From: Macrostomum lignano
Lineage: Eukaryota
Assembly: GCA_002269645.1 (NCBI GenBank)
Contig: NIVC01002800.1
Coordinates: forward strand, 1 to 64,000
Length of the DNA stretch: 64,000 nucleotides
Direction: 5' to 3'
The translations under genes and the position numbers were made by a program. Position 1 is the stretch's first letter. Each line of letters begins with the position of its first letter. The notes under the pieces were generated by a model that saw only the letters and a list, made by a program, of their open reading frames with translations, made no database searches and was not told the DNA's origin. This document shows positions 1 through 13,290 of the stretch, piece after piece.

Positions 1-430
1 TTTTATTTGTTCAGACACGAATTTCTGCTAATGCAAATATTCAAATTTGTCAGCTTTGCTTTTCTATTAGTTGCAAATTTTGTTTGACAGATTAAATAAA
101 ATTTTAATGTTTTTTATTGTCGTTTGGCGGTTTTTTGTAAAAAATGTGAAGCACTGATTTTACGTTTTTATTTACGAAACGCTCATTATTTGCTTTGACT
201 ACTACTTATTAGTAGATTGCAGTAGTTTGATTAGCACATCTTTTGGTCTATTTAACTTTTAGAATGGGCTCTTATGAAGGTAAGTAAATAAAAATTAACA
301 AAAACAATCGTGATTTAAAATCCAGGATGAACTCTTTCAAGTGACGCATGCTTGGCAATTGAAGAAGTGTTAAACAGGCCTTGTCCTTTCTTGAACAGTT
401 TTAAAAAGTACATTGACCGTACTTCCCGTG

Positions 431-928
431 CCTCCCAAGTCCTGAAGCTTTACCGACTCAAACCTCCCAAGGCCTGAAGCTTCACCGACTCAAACCTCCC
501 AAGGCCTGAGCTTCACCGACTCAAACCTCCCAAGGCCTGAGCTTCACCGACTCAAAACCTCCCAAGGCCTGAAGCTTCACCGACTCAAACCTCCAAGGCC
601 TGAAGCTTCACCGACTCAAACCTCCCAAGGCCTGAGCTTCACCGACTCAAAACCTCCCAAAGCCTGAAGCTTCACCGACTCAAACCTCCAAGGCCTGAAG
701 CTTCACCGACTCAAACCTCCCAAGGCCTGAAGCTTCACCGACTCAAACCTACCAAGGCCTGAGCTTCACCGACTCAAACCTCCCAAGGCCTGAAGCTTCA
801 CCGACTCAAACCTCCCAAGGCCTGAAGCTTCACCGACTCAAACCTCCCAAGGCCTGAAGCTTCACCGACTCAAACCTCCCAAGGCCTGAAGCTTCACCGA
901 CTCAAACCTCCCAAGGCCTGAAGCTTCA
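431..928. repeat. Minisatellite, about 32-bp unit CCTGAAGCTTCACCGACTCAAACCTCCCAAGG, about 15 copies
   Basis: Read directly; single-base indels between units. Confidence 0.95.
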
Positions 929-1411
929 CTGCCTCCGTCCTCTAAGAACCAAAAGTTCACTAACCTGAGCTAAGAGTCACAAACTAACCACAGTAAAATA
1001 TGCTTAACTTGCAATGCTGGCTGTGAATGTGCGAATAACATAATACATGTCCATAATTTATAACAGTATAATTTTGCAGTTCCAATTTTCTCCCGAATAA
1101 TAACTGACAGCTTTCGCAATTTGCATCAGCAGTTTATGCATTAATTATTATTGTTTTTGCGCATAAAAATTTCAAGTACGAGATAAATACGTAAAGTGTA
1201 GGTCTGCAGGGGAGAGGTGTCGTACCTGAGAGTTGTATCTTCAAATTCGATCCGTTTGATTGGCTGTAGGGCGAGCGGCACCCAGAAGCAATTGTTTGCA
1301 ACGGTTTTATAAGAAATCTCTAATTGACTTTCAGCACACAAGGCCTGCAGTGATACTACCTGGCTAAGCTTTGATTCAAGCTTCAAGCTCTACTCTTTCT
1401 CTCTCTCTAAT

Positions 1412-1507
1412 ATGGACTTCCCGTTGGTGCCAGCAAGTCAGTCGGGATTCCTCATCATGCTGGCCGCCGATGACAGCAACAATTTCACGGCCTGCTGCCA
1501 GCAGACG
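1412..1507 (+). CDS. KLF: Kruppel-like factor, exon 1 (MDFPLVPASQ...CCQQT)
   Basis: ATG at 1412, 32 open codons, donor ACG|GTAAGC at 1508, phase 0. Joins in frame to the acceptor TTTTGCAG|ATA at 2039. Confidence 0.65.
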
Positions 1508-1588
1508 GTAAGCTTTCTGATTTATAAAAAATATTTCTAAGAGACTTTACTGTCTTTTCACATTCTTTCTTGGAACAACCTTTCTCGT

Positions 1589-1896
1589 GATTCTCCTATA
1601 GGGAAATCCTTTTGGGGATTCCCCTTTAAGGAAATCCTTTTGGGGGATTCTCCTTTAGGAAAATCCTTTTGGGGGATTCTCATTTAGGGAAATTCTTTTG
1701 AGGGATTCCCCTTTAGGGAAATCCTCTTGGGGATTCTCCTTTAGGGAAATCCTTTTGGGGATTCTCATTTAGGGAAATTCTTTTGAGGGATTCCCCTTTA
1801 GGGAAATCCTTTTGGGGATTCCCCTTTAAGGAAATCCTTTTGGGGGATTCTCCTTTAAGAAAATCAACTGCAGGGATACTCTTTTAGGGGAATCCT
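1589..1896. repeat. KLF intron minisatellite, about 29-bp quasi-palindromic unit GATTCCCCTTTAGGGAAATCCTTTTGGG
   Basis: Read directly. Confidence 0.9.
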
Positions 1897-2038
1897 TGAT
1901 AGGGTTCTATTCTGAAGTAATTTATTTTAGTTCTTTTGTAAAAATCTAAGACGGGATTCAATCTACAGTTAGGAAGATTATTTTTGAACTAAAGTTATTT
2001 TTGAACTTTTGAACTAGCAAGGGAATTAGTTTTTGCAG

Positions 2039-2692
2039 ATAGATAACTGGACCTTGCAGTCACAACAGGCCGACCCGCTGCCTCCATTGGCCGAAATGGG
2101 CGGCAGCAGCTGCATTCCCTACGCCACCGAGGAGCTGGAGAGCTCGGAGCCGCGTCTTGATCTCGATTTTATTATCGACCACTTGCCGACGTCGACGGAG
2201 CCACTGGCGACGCATCAGCCAGCATCAACTGTCGACTCAACCGGACTGCAGTGCATCCTGCACTACCTGCAGGGCGCTATCAGCGACTCGACGCCGGCGC
2301 CAACTCCGGCGCAGGCACCGACATTGCCAGCAAAAACGTCCGAGAGCGTGTCGAAAAGTGGACAACGACGACAGTCGATCGCTTCGACGACGACGGCCGT
2401 CGCCGCTCTGTACGCTGCACCAGGCGCCGTGCACGCTTGCCCGCTGAAGGGCTGCGACAAGGCCTACAGCAAGAGCTCCCACCTGAAAGCTCACCTTCGA
2501 GCTCACACTGGGGAAAAGCCGTACAGATGCGACTGGCCCGGCTGTGACTGGCGATTCTCCAGGTCGGACGAGCTGACCAGGCACCGTCTGAAGCACACCG
2601 GCCTGAGGCCCTACCGCTGCCAGCTGTGCCAGCGGGCTTTCAGCCGCTCCGATCATCTGGCGCTGCATTTGCGGAAGCACAAGCAGATCTGA
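2039..2692 (+). CDS. KLF: Kruppel-like factor, exon 2, three C-terminal C2H2 fingers
   Basis: [69 protein letters not shown] is the diagnostic KLF/SP finger triplet. It lies at the extreme C-terminus with no buttonhead box, which favours KLF over SP. Subfamily not resolved. Confidence 0.95.
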   Translation: MDNWTLQSQQADPLPPLAEMGGSSCIPYATEELESSEPRLDLDFIIDHLPTSTEPLATHQPASTVDSTGLQCILHYLQGAISDSTPAPTPAQAPTLPAKTSESVSKSGQRRQSIASTTTAVAALYAAPGAVHACPLKGCDKAYSKSSHLKAHLRAHTGEKPYRCDWPGCDWRFSRSDELTRHRLKHTGLRPYRCQLCQRAFSRSDHLALHLRKHKQI

Positions 2693-2897
2693 TTGATTGT
2701 CTATGGTCGAGAGACAGGCTTATATTGCACACAACTGTCGTGATTGTCTATGGCCCAAAGATATGCTTACAAATTTTATGCCATGATTGTTTATAACCCA
2801 AAGATATGCTTACACATATTATGTTATGATTGTCTATGGCCCAGAGATATGCTTACACATTATTTCATGATTGTTTATGGCCTAGAGACAGGCTTTA
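2690..2897. repeat. Degenerate repeat of about 43 bp (TGATTGTCTATGGCCCAGAGATATGCTT...), about 5 copies, starting at the KLF stop codon
   Basis: Read directly. Confidence 0.75.
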
Positions 2898-3046
2898 ATC
2901 CCGCAGTAGTAGCTAGGTCTATGACATTTTCTGTCATTTTTAATTTCGAAAATAAAATTACCAACCACTTTTATCGTTCGTCACTCTTTACATTCTGTGT
3001 CGCTCGGGTAGTAAGCGAACATCACCGCGTAAGTACTAGGGAATGC

Positions 3047-3992
3047 TGATTTTAACCTAGGGAATGGTGCTTGACTGGGTGCTGCGGACTGCTCTTCCTA
3101 CCGACGACGACGGCTTTCTGCTGCGGCGACGCGTGGGTCGACGTCAACCGGAGAAGCGGCTCAGCGTGCTTGGCTACGCCGACGACCTCGCCCTGCTGTC
3201 CTCGACCGTCGAGGGTGCCCAACGGCAGCTGGACAGGCTAGTTGCCGTTGCGGCGAGCGTCGGCCTGGTGGTCAACACGCAGAAGACCGTTGTGCTCTGC
3301 GTGCCGGACGACATCGAGGCTGCAATATTCTGCCGAGGCGCTGACAGGCAGGCGACCGAGCTCCCGCGATGTCAGCAGTTCGTCTACCTCGGCGGTCTGG
3401 TTCCAGACGCTCGCGAGGACCTCCGACGCTGCTGCGGGCTTGCCTGGGCTGCCTTTCGTTCTGTGAGGGCAGTCCTGCAGTCCGAGGCCCTACCGGACCG
3501 CCAGAGGGCGGCGCTGTTCCAGGCGGTAATCGAGACCGTCCTGCTCTACAACGCCGAGACCTGGACGCTGACGGACTCACTCGAACAGCAAGTCGATGCG
3601 GCGCATGCTGGCCTGCTGCGCGCCGCCTTCAACATCGGCGTCGAGCGAGTCAACAACGCGGCACTCTATCGCCGCGCTGGCCTGCCACGTCCAAGCGATC
3701 TACTGTGCCGTCGGCGACTCCAGCTCGCAGGCCATCTCATCCGCGCCGAGTCGTACTGCCCACAGCCGGTGCAGGAGGTGCTGCTGCTCACGCTGCAGGC
3801 ACCCTACCGGCGAGGTCAAGCGCGAACTCGGCGTTACGTCGACTGTCTGCTGGCTGACGCCGGCGCCCCGGACACTGCCGGTGGCGCAGCCTTTGTTCGC
3901 GCCCAAGCCATGAAGCGCGCCCTGTGACGCTGACTTTTGCCATCCTGACAGCGTATTTTCTATTTTGATGTTGTTGTTGTTGATTTTAACCT
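3047..3992 (+). mobile_element. 5'-truncated non-LTR retrotransposon (RTE-like LINE) with target-site duplication
   Basis: RT ORF 3064-3927. (GTT)n tail at 3969-3982. The 12-bp direct repeat TGATTTTAACCT lies at 3047-3058 and 3981-3992. Confidence 0.88.
3064..3927 (+). CDS. Reverse transcriptase C-terminal half of a LINE (YADD motif, thumb region)
   Basis: VLDWVLR...LGYADDLALLS...GLVVNTQKT...FVYLG...TVLLYNAETWTLT. No endonuclease or N-terminal RT motifs, so 5'-truncated. No stops. Confidence 0.85.
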   Translation: MVLDWVLRTALPTDDDGFLLRRRVGRRQPEKRLSVLGYADDLALLSSTVEGAQRQLDRLVAVAASVGLVVNTQKTVVLCVPDDIEAAIFCRGADRQATELPRCQQFVYLGGLVPDAREDLRRCCGLAWAAFRSVRAVLQSEALPDRQRAALFQAVIETVLLYNAETWTLTDSLEQQVDAAHAGLLRAAFNIGVERVNNAALYRRAGLPRPSDLLCRRRLQLAGHLIRAESYCPQPVQEVLLLTLQAPYRRGQARTRRYVDCLLADAGAPDTAGGAAFVRAQAMKRAL

Positions 3993-4442
3993 CACCGTCT
4001 CATCATCTCACCATCTCATCATCTCACCATCTCATCATCTCATCATCTCATCATCTCACCATCTCATCATCTCACCATCTCATCATCTTACTATCTCATC
4101 ATCTCATCATCTCACCATCTCATCATCTCATCATCTCATCATCTCACCATCTCATCATCTCATCATCTCATCATCTCACCATCTCATCATCTTACTATCT
4201 CATCATCTCATCATCTCACCATCTCATCATCTCACCATCTCATCATCTCACCATCTCATCATCTCATCATCTCCCTATCTCATCATCTCACCATCTCATC
4301 ATCTCACCATCTCACTATCTCACCATCTCATCATCTCACCATCTCACTATCTCACCATCTCATCATCTCACCATCTCATCATCTCACCATCTCATCATCT
4401 CACCATCTCATCATCTCACCATCTCATCAGCTCACTATCTCA
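3993..4442. repeat. (CATCT)/(CACCATCT) mixed microsatellite abutting the LINE 3' TSD
   Basis: Read directly. Confidence 0.95.
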
Positions 4443-5040
4443 GCGAGTTAAGAACTCATTATCACTTCTTGATTGTAGGTGAAATTTCAGCCACTGCAGC
4501 TCAGTCCCTTTCAATTTCACCTGGAGAATCGTTCGCAAACAGATTCTTATATTATGATTTCCAATTAAAATATTCGTTGCCTTTGAATTGAGCTTTGGAA
4601 AATCCATTTTATTGTCAGATCTTGAATAGCATGCTGAAGCCTTCAAGACAATACAGATAATTCACACTTGAATTGATTAATCTGGCATTGAGTCCTGCGG
4701 ACAAAGGTGACTAAGATGATAATTTCATAGAAAATCCGGCTTGGACCATGGCTGACGCTTGCTTAATTTGCCCGCACACGCCACTCTGGGGTGTGAGTCG
4801 GCATAGGGTCTGGGAGCCCGCGGATATTTTTCTCAGGATTGACATCGGGATTAGTGGATGGGAAATTTTCTTTGCTTCTGGAGGGATTACGTCTGCGGTG
4901 GGGGGGGCGAAGTAATGAATTAGATTTATTCCGAAATAACAATTTCTTGGCCGTTAAAAATTGTCTTTGCTTGTTTTTCTGTTTCTGTTGCTATCTAGGG
5001 TTGGTCGATGGTCCGGATGCGCAGCTTTGGCACATTATAA

Positions 5041-5267
5041 TAAGCGCGCAAGCGCGCAGTGTCATAAGTGCGCAGTGTCATAAGCGCAGTGTCATCAGCG
5101 CATTGTCATAAGCGCGCAGTGTCATAAGCGCAGTGTCATAAGCGCAGTGTCATAAGCGCATTGTCATAAGCGCGCAGTGTCATAAGCGCAGTGTCATAAG
5201 TGCGCAGTGTCATAAGTGCGCAGTGTCATAAGTGCGCAGTGTCATAAGCGCGCAGTATCATAAGCGC
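5041..5267. repeat. 14-16-bp repeat CATAAG(C/T)GCGCAGTGT
   Basis: Read directly. Confidence 0.92.
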
Positions 5268-5741
5268 CTATTTGGGTGCCAATACAAAATCTAAACGCCA
5301 TGGCAGGACGAGACCCGATCTAAAAATAACGAAAAGTTATTGTCTTTCTACTTTCAGTAGCACACCGAGGGTATGCCTCCATACGGCAGACTCCTTATCA
5401 GCAAGGCAAACTGCCTACTATAAATCACCATTAGGCTTTTTGTCAAACTCCGCTATTCCGTATCATAATTTCGGCCAAAAATATTGATTGCTAAGCCCTG
5501 CTAACCGGGAGGGTCTCGATACGGTGGGCAAACATTAATTGCGGAACTGTAAAGACTGCCGGGGGGGGGGGCTGAAACGAAGCGAGCGTCCTCTCTGCTC
5601 GAGAGACAGAGATCGAGCTCTCCATATTAATGCTGGGCTTCGGCATTATTGCTGATTCTTATCAGCTAAAATTAAGAGACGACCGCGCGAAGTTCGACCA
5701 GGACAGCTAAATTATAAGGATTATAATTATAAGTGTTTGGA

Positions 5742-5815
5742 GGGCCGTAGCCCAGTGGTCTGGCGCGGCGCTCTGATGTGCCAGCGGCCCAGGCTCGATT
5801 CCCAGTGCAGTCGCA
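5742..5815 (+). mobile_element. tRNA-derived SINE head or tRNA pseudogene (Pol III A and B boxes)
   Basis: A box TAGCCCAGTGG at 5748-5758 and B-box-like GGCTCGATTCC at 5792-5802, with tRNA-like spacing. I could not fold a convincing cloverleaf. Confidence 0.5.
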
Positions 5816-7236
5816 TTAATTTTTGCGGCTAAATTGGAATCTCGGCTTGGCTCTGCTCGTGCAATTAACGGCCAGCTTGAGGGCCAACCCCCAAGGCACA
5901 GTGAAGTGTACATGCCTAACGATAAATAAAGTTAGGGCCGCTGTGCACTCCTGTGTGAGTGTGTGCCTGCGTACGTATCCGCGCGCTTGTATGCCTGCTC
6001 AGGGGAGTCGGCGGAATGGGCAGCAATGCCTCTCGCCGGTTGTGTGACAATGTCGCTTAAAGTGAACCAGGGTGCACACAACCCCTTTCTTAAAATATAA
6101 GATCTCTGTAGTGTATTTTTCTTAGTGCACTTCTTCTAGACCTCTAGATCTCTAGACTTCTAGACCGAGAGTTTCTATGGCGAAACCCCTTTCACAGCAC
6201 TTTTTAATGAGTTATCTAACTTGTCCGGACAAAACCAAGAAATTCGTAAGTCTATGCAGAAACTGAGACATTCTGTCAGCTTGTCTGTAAGCCGGTCCTT
6301 CCCCAGCCCTCCGAAGGTCTACCTTGCTTAGACTCAACCGCAGGAACACCAGGGTGGTAACCATGGGCTTCTCAGGCCATGGTTGTTTCGCCAGGAATCG
6401 GTTGCCTTCACGGAAAAATCCACAGTGAGGAATCTACTCAGCTTACCTAAGGGCTACCGGGCGAGCGACAATCCACCTACTAGCTGGACTCCCGGGTCAC
6501 ATTCAGAACCAGAGAGTTCCTGCCGCCAAGTCAAGTAAGCCAAGAAGAAGAGTGTTATAGAGTCCTTTTACTTTAGCTGTCCATGATTTCGAATTTGGCA
6601 TTCGGAATAGGCAACTGAGAGTACGAGCTTACATAGTTTTATTGCTCTCGTCGACTAACTGTTTCTCTTGCTTCAAAGCATGATTTTTTATGAAAGTCAA
6701 GTCTACCGCTTGGCGGTTCGCCATTCTGCATCAAATTTCTCCATCAAAATATATATATAGCCAATAGCATCGTTTTCAACATTGATTCCAATGCAACCCT
6801 GTGGGACTGCTTTAATGGCATTGTATGGGTTCCCCTGCTATCTGTATAGCTGGGGACTTCGAAAGTAGGGGGGGGGGGGGGGTTAGTGGATTCAGAATCT
6901 ATCCATCTATCTGCACAGAGATAGATTTATGTGTATATATGAAAGCAGAAGCGAACAAGGAATCCTCCAAGATATGCCCCTCTCCTAGGGGGGAGGTTGG
7001 GGTTCGTTACCTCGCCCATTGGGGCCGAAGTGCAGGAGAAGATCTGTGCAGAGCAGTTTGTTTTGACAAGAAGAAGAGACAGGCAGGCAGGGATGACAGA
7101 AATCAGTTGGGCACTTCTCTTTGTTGCAGAGCCTCTCTAACTACCCCCGCCCGCCTTCTGTCACCAAGGCCGCGGTCAAGGAGAACTGCAGGATGGACGG
7201 GGATTTGGAGTGCCTGATTTTCCTTTCAAACCGTCG

Positions 7237-7260
7237 TTAGTTAGTCAGTTAGTTAGTTAT

Positions 7261-7341
<81 letters not shown>
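7237..7341. repeat. (TTAG)n microsatellite
   Basis: Read directly. Confidence 0.95.
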
Positions 7342-7958
7342 CGAATGGCCGCGCACCGAATCGAACTCGGGTTCTGTATTACTCAGACACTGATGTCTGA
7401 GGCTGAGAGTTTAAAGGAAGATTTGCTCTCCGGATTGTGGCTTCAGCTCTCCTTATCGGAGCCCCCGCCACCGCCTGCGCATGATGCACGGTCATCTGTT
7501 GCAGACTCCCCCCCCATCATATTGTTTTGCTTCTTCTCCAAGCGCGATGACGGACAGGTTCTTAGCCTTCTTTCTGGCTGGCGGCAAAAATTTATGGGGC
7601 TAATTCGGCCGGGTTTCTTCTTGGCCAAGTCTGGGTAGGTGTTGGGGGGGGGGGGGGATCACAGAGCCCGAACAGCTGCGCCCGGTTCATGACCGGCGAC
7701 TGGGCGAGAAACGAGGCGAAAAATCCGAGCTGAGAAATTTGACCCAGTCTGCTTTCATGGGTCAGGGCCAAGACATTGAGATTGCCGGCCGGTCCAGGCT
7801 GGGTTGCCTGGAAGAAATAATTATGACTGCTGTCTTTAACAATAATGTTATTCTAATATGGCAGCAAGCTTTTTTATAGGTGAGATTACATTGACTTGAT
7901 TGATTTTTACAGAGTACATGTAGATCAATTTAAAGTTGTGCGAATAACTGAATAACTG

Positions 7959-8207
7959 CAGTGCGTGAGAGTAGATTAACTTCAGTGTGAGAGTAGATTA
8001 ACTTCAGTGTGAGAGTAGATTAACGTCAGTGTGAGAGTAGATTAACTTCAGTGTGAGAGTAGATTAACTTCAGTGTGAGAGTAGATTAACTTCAGTGTGA
8101 GAGTAGATTAACTTCAGTGTGAGAGTAGATTAACTTCAGTGTGAGAGTAGATTAACTTCAGTGTGAGAGTAGATTAACTTCAGTGTGAGAGTAGATTAAC
8201 TTCAGTG
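7959..8207. repeat. 22-bp minisatellite CAGTGTGAGAGTAGATTAACTT, about 11 copies
   Basis: Read directly. Confidence 0.95.
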
Positions 8208-8944
8208 CAACGTCCATAAAAACGTGAAGGACAAGATAGACCAGGTTGCACAGAAACGCTGCTAAACGCTTCTCTCGCACAAGTCTCAATTAAACACAAC
8301 AGAATGCAGGATTGCAGGTACAGCACTGGAGAGCAGAGCAGAGCTGCAGGGACCTGACAGAAGAAGAGATTAATTAGTGACTGAGAAGAACAGCCCAGCT
8401 TCCTACACTAGGAGCCTCTCAGAAGTGATCGCGAGTTGAGAGCTTTCTTAAGCTGAAAATTGTCGTCATTGTTACAGGGGGGGGGGGCAACATGGCTCCA
8501 TCATCATCTTTATTCTGGCTTGTCCCCCAAGAGCACAATGAGTTTTATCTTGTAAGAAGTCGCCTGATGCAGCGGCAGTACAGGAGACGCCACCTGAATC
8601 TGTGCCAAGCCTCATCTAGCGACGCAAATTCCCTTTTGTTAGGGAGTTAAATCGGGACTGGGTGGGACGCAGCGTCAAAGCAATGATGGTGCAGTGCAGT
8701 TTCTGCAGCATGGGGACTTCCGGCGCTGCGCTGCTCTGTTCCCCTTGGTGTCCCAGCTTGACTCCCTCATCCTCTGCCTGCGACTGCCTTAGTCTGCTAC
8801 CCGTGCTCACAGCTGCATTGTGGGTCTCTGCGCCTGACTTTTTTCTGCTGCTCCTTTCTCTTCTTCTGTGGTCATTTCTTCTCGGCTGCTGTCCCCTCAG
8901 TTACTCAATCTTCATCATGTTCTATCAGCATCTCCGGTCATGAA

Positions 8945-9510
<566 letters not shown>

Positions 9511-10139
9511 GCAGCCAGACCGCCCGCAATCCCCACCCCACCCCGAGAATATTCCAGCCAGAAAAAGCATAAGTTTTAATGCAATTTCGCGACTCAAGAG
9601 TGGGGATGATAGTCCCAAGCTCCCACCCAGTTATCCCTCTATCACTTCACTTTAATGGCTAGTTTTCAGACCCCTGGCACCATCAAGGACCCGCGGAGCA
9701 GGATGGGTTGAGGATCGACACTGATGCAGAACATCTGCCATGTGGGGGGAAAACTGTTGCCCAGAGACAGAAATTCCCCCATTGCTTTACTGTCATAGTT
9801 TTTCTGCTTTTAGCCATGAATAGCGGCAGACTTGCGGCCTGTGTCTCCGACTGAGGATGGGACGGTGCTGCAGCATGGGGAGGCGGTCTTTAGTGAGATG
9901 GGGCATAATATTCAGGGACAAAAATATGGCATTAATAACCAGAATATTACCTATCAGCTATCATTGCCTGTGTGCTTATTATAGCAATACACTTGGATGA
10001 GTAATTGTCGCTGAATGCGATAATTCACTTCTCTGTTATTCCAGATGACCAAATAAAAAAGTGCATAGCAAAATTGAAAACACTTCTGTTATTGGTTATG
10101 TTGCATCAATCTGACAGGCCAGACTTTTCGTGGTCCACT

Positions 10140-10910
10140 TAAGATCCCCTCTCTCGAGATCCCCTCTCTCAAGATCCCCTCTCTCAAGATCCCCTCTCTC
10201 AAGATCCCCTCTCTCAAGATCCCCTCTCTCAAGATCCCTCTCTCAAGATCCCCTCTCTCAAGATCCCCTCTCTCAAGATCTCCTCTCTCAAGATCTTCTC
10301 TCTTAAGATCCTCTCTTTTAAGATCCCCTCTCTCAAGATCCCCTCTCTCAAGATCCCCTCTCTCAAGATCCCCTTTCTGCCAAGATCCCCTCTCTGTCAA
10401 GATCCCCTTTCTGCCAAGATCCCCTCTGTCAAGATTCTGTCTTTCAAGATCCCTTCTCTGTCAAGATCCCCTCTCTGTCAAGATCCCCTTTCTGCCAAGA
10501 TCCCCTCTCTCAAGATCTCCTCTCTCAAGATCTCCTCTCTCAAGATCCCCTCTCTCAAGATCCCCTCTCTCAAGATCCCCTCTCTCAAGATCTCCTCTCT
10601 CAAGATCCCCTTTCTCAAGATCTCCTCTCTCAAGATCCCCTCTCTCAAGATCCCCTCTCTCATGATCTCTCTTGAGATCACCTCTCTTAAGATCTTCTCT
10701 CTTAAGATCCTCTCTTTTAAGATCCCCTCTCTCAAGATCCCCTCTCTCAAGATCCCCTCTCTCAAGATCCCCTTTCTGCAAAGATCCCCTCTCTGTCAAG
10801 ATCCCCTTTCTGCCAAGATCCCCTTTCTGCCAAGATCCCCTTTCTGCCAAGATCCCCTCTCTCAATATCTGCTCTCTCAAGACCCCCTCTCTCTCAAGAT
10901 CCCCTCTCTC
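10140..10910. repeat. 15-17-bp minisatellite AAGATCCCCTCTCTC
   Basis: Read directly; source of the GDLER and REGIL ORF artefacts. Confidence 0.95.
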
Positions 10911-11975
10911 TACTATATGGATGATGCAGCATTTTGCCACCCATCCAGTGGGATTCGCAACGGGAGTGGCCAGCCAATGAAAGAATGCACAGTGTCTCTC
11001 CGGACCCAGCAGAGTTAGGGGCGGCAGCCGCGGCAGGCATAAGAGTGGGGTTGCAGGCTGGGGCAAAGAGTCAGCTAGCCGGCTTTGCCAATACTTTATA
11101 AAGAGAGCGTCTCACCTATAGGGTCCCTGCAGGACTTCAGTATCAAGGTCAGAGAGAGAAGGCCTGAAGGAAACATCATCCAAGGCCGTTGATCCTCAGC
11201 TTCGGCTGACTGCCACACAGTCAGAGAGAGAGTAAAGTGCCAGCGGGTAAGTGACTGCTATTGACAAGGCTATATATGGCCTATGCAATGCCGATGCACT
11301 AGAACGAACAAAAATAGTGACAGATGAATCATTGGAGCACTCGAACGCTTCAACAGCCTCTTTAACTGGCTGGCTCTAAAGAAGCTTTCAAGAGCATTTT
11401 TCTCTTCGGGCAGAAGAAGAGAAAAGAGAAAGTTAAGGAGAGAAAGGGTGGCGGACCCCCTTGGGCGCCCAGCTTTCAACAAATCATCCAGCAGGTTGTG
11501 GCAGCCCTTCGTCAAGTCAAGTCCCGCCAAAAAAATCCCCTACACTGCCTGCCAGTCGGCTTCCCCGTCCCCTCACCATAACTCTCGCCCGCGGATATTG
11601 GAGCTTAGCGTGAGCTCCTCTGCAGCGGCCCCTCCCACCTGCAGGCGGTGACCGGTCTAATTAAAAAAAACTTTCAGGATCCCAACTCGCTGCAGCGGGC
11701 GGGCATCGATTTCACCCCCAGGTTTGACGCCAACAACACCTGCCAGTCTGTCAGCGTGGCGGTCTAACGGGGGGAGAAAAACAGTCCTGGGGATTAGGGC
11801 GCTTATTTCTTAGCACACAGCACACGCGACACAAACTGACGGAGAGAGAGAGAGAGAGAGAGAAGGGGAAGAGGGCGGAGCCGTCACCTGCGATTTCTAA
11901 ATCCTGTTGACTCTGAAATAGAGACCGGCCGCTTTTCAATCGCTTTTTTAGGCTACTATAAACATAGACTACGGA

Positions 11976-13031
11976 ATGTTGCGGCCTTCGAACCCGCGAC
12001 CACGCCTACAGTCAGTCTGTTACGCCTGGCTGCTGATGCTCCAAGTTGCAGCGGCGGCGGCGGCTACGGTGTCAGGCGGCGGCGGCGACGTCGAGGCGAA
12101 GAAATTCAACGTCAGCTACTCCATCGCCGAGGAGACGAACGGGACGCGCCTGATTGGCGACCTGACCGCCGACCTGCAGCTGCTGCGGTTTTACACGCCC
12201 GCCCAGCTGGCCACCAAGGAGGTCGAGTTCCTCCGGCTGGGCGGCCGGGACAGCCATCTGGAGAGCTTCCGGGTCCGCCGGTTGGACGGTCAGCCGGTGC
12301 GGCACGAGCTGCTGCTGATCCGCGGCCTGGATCGCGAGGCCGTCTGCCCAGAGCCTGGCCAGGCCGACTGTCACCTCACCCTCAGCTGCGTGCTGCGGCC
12401 CTACGAAGAGCAATTCCTGCTATTCACCGTGCGCGTCTACCTGCAGGACGTCAATGACCATTCGCCGGTGTTCGAGCCGCCGCGGCACGTTGTTCAGTTC
12501 AGCGAGGGCGACCAGCCGGGCACGCGCCGGTCGGTGCCGCACGCCCGCGACAGCGACAGTGGGCGAAACGCTCGACTGGCCTACGCGATCGAGTCGGACC
12601 TGGGCGCCGATTGTCCGTTCCGCGTTGACAGCGACTCGCCAACGCAGGTTTTCGTGACGCTGGTCAGGGAGCTGGACAGGGAGAACGTTTCCTCCTACCA
12701 GGTGAACATCACAGCTACGGATTTTGGTGAGCAGCCTCGCAGCGGTCGTCTGCACCTGCGAGTTGTCGTCACCGACGCCAACGACTGCTTCCCGGTGTTC
12801 GAGCGCAGCACCTACCGGGTCAACGTAACGGAGAACTCGCCGCCTGTGCGCGAGCTTCTGCGCGTCCGAGCTGACGATGCCGACGCCGGGGAGAATGGCC
12901 GGGTTCGCTACCAGCTGGCTCCGGACACTCTGGCCGACGTGCGCCAATACGTCAGCGTTGGACCGAAGGACGGCCGGATCTCTTTGGAGCGGCAGGTGGA
13001 TCGGGAAAAAGTGTCCGAGTTTCGCTTTCAG
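11976..13031 (+). CDS. PCDH: Protocadherin exon 1 (signal peptide, EC1, EC2, most of EC3)
   Basis: Hydrophobic leader. EC motifs AEE, LDRE, DVNDHSP, DxDSGxN, DANDCFP. EC1 has DREAVC..DC as in protocadherins. Donor CAG|GTGCGT at 13032, phase 0. Confidence 0.92.
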
Positions 13032-13065
13032 GTGCGTCTGCAGCTTGAGGGGTTTCTCGGCCTGC

Positions 13066-13290
13066 GAGTGTCTGAGGGTGTCTGAGGGTGTCTGGGGTGT
13101 CTGGGGGTCTCTGAGGGTGTCTGAGGGTGTCTGGGGTGTCTGGGGGTCTCTGAGGGTGTCTGGGATGTATGGGGGTGTCTGAGGGTGTCTGAGGTTGTCT
13201 GGGGTTTCTGAGGTGTCTGAGGGTATCTGAGGGTGTCTGGGTGTCTGAGGGGGTCTGGGGTGTCTCAGGGTGCCTGAAAGTGTCCGAGGG
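13066..13290. repeat. 10-bp repeat GAGGGTGTCT in protocadherin intron 1
   Basis: Read directly. Confidence 0.9.

Noticed and set aside
2157-2680. Alternative-frame and antisense ORFs over KLF, RT, cadherin, INTS5, CDC7 and NPF exons
   Set aside because: Expected stop-poor shadows of GC-rich coding sequence, with no family motifs.
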